Shown one piece after another: positions 26,332-32,000 of a stretch of DNA of 32,000 bases. Source of the DNA: Psychrobacter sp. DM4. GTDB taxonomy: Bacteria; Pseudomonadota; Gammaproteobacteria; Pseudomonadales; Moraxellaceae. Under the pieces are notes generated by a model. That model was not told where the DNA came from. It searched no databases and was given only the letters and a program-made list of their open reading frames with translations. Location of the stretch: assembly GCF_051307035.1 (NCBI RefSeq), contig NZ_CP195536.1:150001-182000 (forward strand), given 5' to 3'. The position numbers were made by a program, and so were the translations under genes. Position 1 is the stretch's first letter. Every line of letters begins with the position of its first letter.

Positions 26332-27186
26332 GTGAGTACAAGTATGAATGACAGTAGTATCCAACCCGCCGAACCAAACGATAGCCAGCAAAACACTAAG
26401 CAGCAAGACAGCACTGTACCGCCTTTAACTCACGAGGCGATTCGTCGTTTTGTTGCTACTGACAATTGCTTGGCGGGCAAACGTATTTTGGTGACGGGCG
26501 CAGGTTCTGGCATTGGCCGTGTCGCCGCGTTGACTTACGCGCGTTACGGTGCGACGGTATTGCTACTTGGTCGTACCAACAGCAAGCTTGAGACGGTATA
26601 CGACGAGATCGAGCACGCAGGGGGTACGCAGCCTGCTATATTACCTATGGATCTGGAAAAGGCTGATTACAACGAGATGCGTAATCTTGCATTACTGATT
26701 GAAAGAGAGTTTGGTCAGCTCGATGGTATTTTGCACAACGCAAGTATACTCGGCGATCTAACACCGCTTGAGATGTATGATGTCGACACCTTTGCTAAGG
26801 TTATGCATATCAATGCTACAGCGACCTTTATGCTCACGCAAGCGTTACTACCGTTGGTTAAAGATACTGATAATGGTTCGATTGTGTTTACATCCAGTAC
26901 GGTAGGAACTCATCCGCGCGCATTTTGGGGTGCTTATGCACTCTCAAAACAAGCGGTGGAAGGTATGAGTGATATATTTACCCAAGAGACGCAAAACACC
27001 ACCAGTTTACGCTTTAACTGTATCAATCCGGGCGGTACACGTACTAATATGCGTGCTCATGCGTATCCGGGTGAGAACCCGATGACACTCAAGACGCCTG
27101 AGGAGATCATGGCAGGGTATATCTGTCTGATGAGTGATGAGAGTATCGGAGTACGCGGTCAAGTCGTCGCATTGCAAGCGATTTAA
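26332..27186 (+). CDS. yciK: Short-chain dehydrogenase/reductase, YciK-like
   Basis: Has the Rossmann motif VTGAGSGIGR, an NASIL block and the catalytic SST...YALSK (Y-x-x-x-K). The start is either GTG 26332 or ATG 26344. Confidence 0.85.
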   Translation: MSTSMNDSSIQPAEPNDSQQNTKQQDSTVPPLTHEAIRRFVATDNCLAGKRILVTGAGSGIGRVAALTYARYGATVLLLGRTNSKLETVYDEIEHAGGTQPAILPMDLEKADYNEMRNLALLIEREFGQLDGILHNASILGDLTPLEMYDVDTFAKVMHINATATFMLTQALLPLVKDTDNGSIVFTSSTVGTHPRAFWGAYALSKQAVEGMSDIFTQETQNTTSLRFNCINPGGTRTNMRAHAYPGENPMTLKTPEEIMAGYICLMSDESIGVRGQVVALQAI

Positions 27187-27208
27187 GAATTAACTCAAGG
27201 AGAAAACA

Positions 27209-28003
27209 ATGAAAACTATTATTCTTAGTACATGTGTTTTGCTAAGCTGCACTTCAGCTTTCGCGCAAACTGGACTTTTTGATCCTTCTATAGAGCACAA
27301 TCCTAAAGATGGGATTATTAAAATTTATGGAGCTGGTGGGCCACACACAGCTTTGAGAAAAGTTGCCGATGTTTGGGAGAAACAAGGTGGTACTAAGGTA
27401 GAACTCATAGCAGGACCTGAAAGTAAATGGTCCGCCAGTGCTCAAGCAGATGCTGACGCTCTTTGGGGAACCTCTGAGCAGTCAATGACCGCATTCCTTG
27501 AAACATATGAAACATTTGATCATGACAAGGTCGAACCCATTTATATTCGACCAGCAATCATCGCGGTACAAAAAGGAAACCCTAAAAACATACGCAGCTT
27601 TGATGATTTGTTAGCTAAAGGTATTAAGATAGTTGTGACTGAAGGCAAGGGAACGTATAACACGTCAGGCACTGGAGTGTGGGAAGATGTTGCAGGGCGT
27701 AAGGGAAGCTTAGATGATGTTGCTCGTTTTCGAAATAACATTGTAGCCTATTCATTAGGATCTGGAGCTAGTTTTAAAGCCTTTAAAGAGCAGAAGGCAG
27801 ATGCTTGGATTACTTGGCCCAACTGGCCGATTCATAATTCTGAAGATATGGATATGGTTTACATAGATAAAGATCGTATCATTTGGCGTGATTTGAACAT
27901 TGTGATATCGCCAAAAGCTGACTCTCAAACACAAGATTTTCTCAATTTTTTGCTGACAAGAAAGGCGCAAAAGATTATGAAAACGGAAGGATGGCAGCGA
28001 TAG
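27209..28003 (+). CDS. Secreted type-II periplasmic substrate-binding protein, ModA-like, with no cognate transporter genes
   Basis: SD AAGGAG lies 7 nt upstream. The signal peptide is MKTIILSTCVLLSCTSAFA|Q. IKIYGAGGPHTALRKVADVWEKQGGTKVELIAGPES...ADALW and the C-terminal FLNFLLTRKAQKIMKTEGW follow the ModA/oxyanion-binding protein pattern. The ligand is unknown. Confidence 0.7.
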   Translation: MKTIILSTCVLLSCTSAFAQTGLFDPSIEHNPKDGIIKIYGAGGPHTALRKVADVWEKQGGTKVELIAGPESKWSASAQADADALWGTSEQSMTAFLETYETFDHDKVEPIYIRPAIIAVQKGNPKNIRSFDDLLAKGIKIVVTEGKGTYNTSGTGVWEDVAGRKGSLDDVARFRNNIVAYSLGSGASFKAFKEQKADAWITWPNWPIHNSEDMDMVYIDKDRIIWRDLNIVISPKADSQTQDFLNFLLTRKAQKIMKTEGWQR

Positions 28004-28011
28004 ATAAAAAG

Positions 28012-28092
28012 CAATACAAACATACTTTATAAAGAGATAGAATTTAAATATAACTCTTAATCAAAAGTAAATCATAATAAACGTTTGTATTG
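28012..28092. repeat. 10-bp perfect inverted repeat separated by a 61-bp AT-rich spacer
   Basis: CAATACAAAC (28012-28021) and GTTTGTATTG (28083-28092) lie in the spacer between the binding-protein gene and ybiI. Confidence 0.75.
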
Positions 28093-28179
28093 AAATAAGC
28101 GCATTCTAACCCCATCTATCTGTTATTAAAGACTTTTATTCTAAAATTAAAAGCTCAGTACTACTGATAAAGGTGAATT

Positions 28180-28446
28180 ATGGCAGGTGGCTGGTCAAGA
28201 GATGGCGCAGAGCATGAGCAAATGGATGCAACTGTTAACGATGCTGTAGATCGCGCTAGAAGTGCGATACCTAAGGGTGAGAGTAGTGAGTACTGCGATG
28301 AGTGCGGTAATCCTATTCCAGAAGCGCGGCGAGAAGCCTTACCTGGAGTGCAGCACTGCGTGAGCTGCCAGATTGAGCTTGAGCAAGAAGCAAAAGCGTC
28401 TGAGCTGTTTAATAGACGCGGTAGTAAGGATAGTCAGCTGCGTTAA
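28180..28446 (+). CDS. ybiI: DksA/TraR-family C4 zinc-finger protein, YbiI-like
   Basis: 88 aa. MAGGWSRDGAEHEQ...IPKGESSEYCDECGNPIPEARREALPGVQHCVSCQ...NRRGSKDSQLR is collinear with E. coli YbiI. The length matches, as do the CxxC-17-CxxC finger and the RRGSKDSQLR tail. Confidence 0.85.
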   Translation: MAGGWSRDGAEHEQMDATVNDAVDRARSAIPKGESSEYCDECGNPIPEARREALPGVQHCVSCQIELEQEAKASELFNRRGSKDSQLR

Positions 28447-28478
28447 AGATCGATACAACTAGATAAATTTGAACCAAT

Positions 28479-28508
28479 AAAAACCCTGCATATTATGGCA
28501 GGGTTTTT
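28479..28508. terminator. Bidirectional rho-independent terminator (ybiI and ompR converge)
   Basis: AAAAACCCTGC (28479-28489) pairs with GCAGGGTTTTT (28498-28508) around an 8-nt loop. An A-tract lies upstream and a T-tract downstream. Confidence 0.88.
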
Positions 28509-28521
28509 ATACTAGTAAAAT

Positions 28522-29280
28522 CTATTCGCTTTTGGCTTCTTCTACTTCGGCCTCGTCAGGAACAAAGACGTAGCCTACGCCCCAAACGGTCTGAATATAG
28601 CGTGCTTGTGACGGATTGTCCTCAATCAAGCGGCGCAGTCGTGACACTTGCACATCAATAGAGCGCTCCATCGCACCCCATTCGCGTCCGCGTGCAAGGT
28701 TCATAAGCTTGTCACGAGTGAGCGGCTCGCGTGGATGTTGTACGAGCGCTTTGAGTACCGAGAACTCACCAGTGGTCAAAGTCACTACATTACCATCGCG
28801 CTTGAGCGTACGAGTAGACAAATCAAGCGTCCATGGACCGAACTCAACTACCTCTAACTGATAGCTTGGCGCGCCCGGCAGCTCACGGTTTTGGCGTCGC
28901 AGTACTGCTTTGATACGAGCCAATAGCTCCTTTGGATTAAAGGGCTTTGGCAAGTAATCATCCGCGCCTGCCTCTAGACCTGCGATACGATCGGCGTCCC
29001 CGCCTTTAGCGGTCAGCATAATAATAGGAATATCGCCATTATCTTCACGTAGACGCTTACAGATGCTAATGCCATCTTCGCCTGGTAACATTAGATCTAG
29101 TACCACTAAAGAGAACAGCTCACGCTGCATAAGCTTATCCATTTGACTAGCATCGTGAGCGGTGCGTACCACAAAACCATCATCTTCTAGAAAACGCTGT
29201 AATAAAGAGCGTAAGCGCGCGTCGTCATCAACGACCAATATGCGCTGCGTCAGCGTATCTGAGTGATTATTATCTGTCAT
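28522..29280 (-). CDS. ompR: Two-component response regulator OmpR
   Basis: 252 aa, near-collinear with E. coli OmpR: ILVVDDD.RLR, VLDLMLPGEDG.SIC.RLR, KPFNP.ELLARI.AVLRR, GEF.VLKALV.HPREPL.RDKLMNLARGRE and ERSIDVQ.SRLRR...RYIQTVWG.GYVFVPD. Confidence 0.93.
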   Translation of the reverse strand: MTDNNHSDTLTQRILVVDDDARLRSLLQRFLEDDGFVVRTAHDASQMDKLMQRELFSLVVLDLMLPGEDGISICKRLREDNGDIPIIMLTAKGGDADRIAGLEAGADDYLPKPFNPKELLARIKAVLRRQNRELPGAPSYQLEVVEFGPWTLDLSTRTLKRDGNVVTLTTGEFSVLKALVQHPREPLTRDKLMNLARGREWGAMERSIDVQVSRLRRLIEDNPSQARYIQTVWGVGYVFVPDEAEVEEAKSE

Positions 29281-29582
29281 GTATCGTATCCTTTTATGAG
29301 GCTTATTATTGTCAAAGAGATTTTATTCAGTATTGTCTTTATCGATAACTTTGTTTCTACTTAATTTAAAAGGCTGTCAGTCGCAACGTCTGTGCAATGA
29401 CTCAATAGTTATAGGTCTACCTTCAGTGTATAAGATTGCACTGCCAAATGCATCATTCATCCGCACAAATGCTGTATGGGTTTGTTTAACAGGGGTAAAT
29501 ACTGAGTTTTTGGCGCAATTAATGCGATATCAGCCCTATAAAACTAGGATATTATAAAAATAATTTTTATTTATGCAGCTTT

Positions 29583-29591
29583 TGCTATAAT
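29583..29591 (+). promoter_or_regulatory. Candidate extended -10 promoter for tex
   Basis: TGcTATAAT (29583-29591) lies 34 nt upstream of the tex ATG. There is no good -35 element, which extended -10 promoters tolerate. Confidence 0.4.
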
Positions 29592-29624
29592 GCCAAACAC
29601 CATTTCTCAACGATTGATACGTCT

Positions 29625-32000
29625 ATGAGTAGCACTGAACCCTTAACGTCATCGTCAGCCTCGACTAATACACAAGGCTTAGATGCAACCACACACGCGA
29701 ATATCCATGACAAACTGGCTCGCGCGCTTGGCATTAAGACAGCTCAAGTCGATGCTTTTGTCAAACTTTATGATGAAGGGGCAACGGTGCCGTTTATCGC
29801 GCGTTACCGTAAAGAGAAGACCCAAAATCTCGATGATGCGCAGCTCAGAGCGCTAGAAAAATCGCTCAATTATGAGCGTGATATGGCAACGCGCCGCCTC
29901 AAAATCACAGAACTGCTCAGCACTCAAGGCAATCTGAATGATGAGTTGCAAACCCGTATCGATAATGCAACGTCCAAACTTGAGCTTGAAGATATCTACT
30001 TGCCTTATCGTCCGCGTCGCCGCTCACCAGCTGCCAAAGCTCGCGCTGCAGGTTTGGATACTGTAGCCCAAGCAGTATTGAACCAAGAGATTGCACCGAT
30101 AGACGCGCTGGCTGACTATCAAGCGCCAGCAGTCATTACCGATGATAACGGTAATGAGATCGAAGTGGATTTTGAAGATACAGACAAACAGTTGGCAGGC
30201 GTACAAGCCATTATCGTGGATGAATGGACGCAAGCGCTTGATCTACTCGATAATCTGCGTAGTGGCTTCGCTAAAACAGCGAGCATTGTATCGTCAGTAG
30301 CGAGTGAAGAAAAACGTGAGGTCGGCGAGAAGTTCAAAGACTATTTTGAACATAGTGAGAGCCTAGCGCGCCTGCCTAATCATCGCCTCCTTGCCATGCT
30401 ACGCGGTCGTCAAGAGAATGTCTTGGGACTCAAAATTGAGGGTGAAGATATGCCCTTTATCGAAAAAATAGTCAGTCACTTCAATATTGATAGCACAGCA
30501 CCAGCCGCACGTCGTGATGTCCTAATCGAAGCGGCCACCAGTCTTTGGAGAGACAAATGGCGCCCGCATATCGAGCATCGCTTATTGACTGAAAAACGTC
30601 TGAGCGCAGAAGCGGATGCTATCGATGTGTTTGCCAGTAATTTACAGCATCTCTTGATGTCAGCGCCGGCTGGACGCAAGGTTATTTTGGGCGTTGATCC
30701 TGGTATTCGTCATGGTGTCAAGATGGCTGTTATCGATGCGCAAGGTCATGTCATGATAGGTGCTGATGATAAACCAGTTATCGCGACGGTTTATCCTTTT
30801 GCTCCTGATAATAAAATGAGTGAAGCCAAAACCGTCATCGATGAACTATTAAGCACTTATAGCGTTGATCTGATCGCTATTGGCAATGGAACGGCAAGCC
30901 GTGAAACCGATGCCATGATTAAAGAGATTTTGACGGCTAATACAGATCTTAAGGCAAAAGCGGTCATCGTCAACGAGTCAGGCGCTTCTGTGTATTCAGC
31001 AAGTGAGCTTGCTAGTGATGAATTGGCTGATCTAGATGTATCAGTACGTGGGGCGGTATCCATTGCGCGCCGCTTACAAGATCCACTCTCGGAGCTAGTT
31101 AAAGTAGATCCAAAAGCTATCGGCGTGGGTCAGTATCAGCACGACGTCAATCAGAACCAATTGGCTGATAGTCTGGACAAGGTTACACAAGATAGCGTGA
31201 ATGCGGTCGGTGTCGATGTCAATACCGCAAGTCCTGCGATACTTGCGCACATCGCAGGTCTGAACAGCAATGTGGCACAGCAGATAGTCACCTATCGCCG
31301 TGAGCACGGCGCGTTTGCCACTCGTGAAGCCCTAAAAGACGTACCACGTTTAGGGGTTAAAACTTTTGAGCAAGCCGCAGGTTTTTTACGCATTCATGAT
31401 GGCGACAATCCTCTGGATGCCACTGGCGTCCATCCAGAGAGTTATGAGCTAGTCAGTAGCTTGCTATCTCAAACGGATAACTCTTTGAGCGATATCATCG
31501 GTAATGATAGTGTCCTCAATACTATTGACACCGCAGCAATCGCTGCCAACGATGACAATATTAGTATAAAAGCAATATTGGATGAGCTAGCTAAACCTGC
31601 TCGCGACCCGCGTCCTGAATTTAAGACTGCCAACTTTCGTGACGATGTCAGTAGTATCAAAGACTTAACCGAAGGTATGACCCTCGAAGGTGTCGTTACC
31701 AACGTGACCGCTTTTGGTTGTTTTGTAGATGTTGGCGTACACCAAGATGGTTTGGTACATATCTCTCAGATGGCTAACGACTTCGTCGCTGACCCTATGA
31801 ACCGCGTAAAGCCTGGAGATATCATCTCCGTTCGCGTCATCTCTATCGATGAAAAACGTGGTCGCATCGGTTTTAGTATGAAGCCTGAGAGTGATAAATC
31901 TACGCGCGCAGCCGCTAAACCAGCATCAAGTCACACTGATGCTAACCATACTGGAGACAAACCGAGTCGTCCGCGCAGCAAGCGTCCATCGACAGCGGAC
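29625..32000 (+). CDS. tex: Transcription accessory protein Tex (S1 RNA-binding domain protein), 3' end beyond window
   Basis: My own translation from ATG 29625 stays open to the window end (792 codons). It includes KTAQVDAFVKLYDEGATVPFIARYRKEKT, YLPYRPRRRSPA, the YqgF-like ILGVDPGIRHGVKMAVID and the HhH region. The S1 domain GMTLEGVVTNVTAFGCFVDVGVHQDGLVHISQ is present. The ORF is absent from the supplied track because it has no stop in the window. Confidence 0.93.
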   Translation, partial: MSSTEPLTSSSASTNTQGLDATTHANIHDKLARALGIKTAQVDAFVKLYDEGATVPFIARYRKEKTQNLDDAQLRALEKSLNYERDMATRRLKITELLSTQGNLNDELQTRIDNATSKLELEDIYLPYRPRRRSPAAKARAAGLDTVAQAVLNQEIAPIDALADYQAPAVITDDNGNEIEVDFEDTDKQLAGVQAIIVDEWTQALDLLDNLRSGFAKTASIVSSVASEEKREVGEKFKDYFEHSESLARLPNHRLLAMLRGRQENVLGLKIEGEDMPFIEKIVSHFNIDSTAPAARRDVLIEAATSLWRDKWRPHIEHRLLTEKRLSAEADAIDVFASNLQHLLMSAPAGRKVILGVDPGIRHGVKMAVIDAQGHVMIGADDKPVIATVYPFAPDNKMSEAKTVIDELLSTYSVDLIAIGNGTASRETDAMIKEILTANTDLKAKAVIVNESGASVYSASELASDELADLDVSVRGAVSIARRLQDPLSELVKVDPKAIGVGQYQHDVNQNQLADSLDKVTQDSVNAVGVDVNTASPAILAHIAGLNSNVAQQIVTYRREHGAFATREALKDVPRLGVKTFEQAAGFLRIHDGDNPLDATGVHPESYELVSSLLSQTDNSLSDIIGNDSVLNTIDTAAIAANDDNISIKAILDELAKPARDPRPEFKTANFRDDVSSIKDLTEGMTLEGVVTNVTAFGCFVDVGVHQDGLVHISQMANDFVADPMNRVKPGDIISVRVISIDEKRGRIGFSMKPESDKSTRAAAKPASSHTDANHTGDKPSRPRSKRPSTAD

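Noticed and set aside
29310-29315. Consensus TTGACA on the minus strand upstream of ompR, considered as its -35
   Set aside because: It lies only 29 nt from the ompR ATG. No acceptable -10 is found at 16-18 nt spacing, and the position where one would fall is the SD AAGGAT.
29309-29557. 82-aa TTG-start ORF between ompR and tex with a lipobox-like LKGC
   Set aside because: It has a non-ATG start without an SD. It lies in the divergent promoter region and its composition follows the AT-rich spacer. The -2 Lys is atypical for a lipobox. The evidence is insufficient.
1-32000. Search for CRISPR arrays, IS elements or transposases, integrases, phage genes, toxin-antitoxin pairs or a defence island
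   Set aside because: No spaced direct-repeat array was found. No ORF has transposase, integrase or recombinase motifs. Every substantial ORF is accounted for by a recognisable housekeeping family. mazG has no mazE or mazF partner here.

Overview
This window is a syntenic block of core housekeeping genes from a mid-GC gammaproteobacterium. Gene order and protein sequences suggest Moraxellaceae, most likely Psychrobacter, but that is inference only. I support 27 CDS: sdhB (3' end) | sucA-sucB | lpdA-sucC-sucD | galE-galU-pgi-ugd-like, convergent with pgm | mazG-comEA | pcnB-folK-panB-panC | rapZ-yjgA, convergent with dsbA | ubiG-HAD phosphatase-yciK-orphan binding protein | ybiI, convergent with ompR | tex (3' end beyond the window). 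Six rho-independent terminators, three of them bidirectional, delimit the transcription units. I found no rRNA, tRNA, CRISPR array, IS element, integrase, phage gene or recognisable defence or toxin gene. I see no convincing novel multi-gene system and do not want to invent one. The leads worth a second look are: (1) an intact UDP-glucose dehydrogenase paralogue in which the whole catalytic Lys/Asn/Cys/Asp set is substituted; (2) a roughly 290-aa low-complexity tail on poly(A) polymerase I with three repeated P-x-P-x-[KR]RRRR motifs; (3) an orphan ModA-like periplasmic binding protein gene with clearly atypical codon usage, placed after yciK; (4) a close OmpR orthologue with no EnvZ or any other kinase nearby; (5) a 15-nt in-frame tandem repeat carrying ATG codons at the 5' end of rapZ. 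Several smaller regulatory-region oddities are listed with low interest scores.
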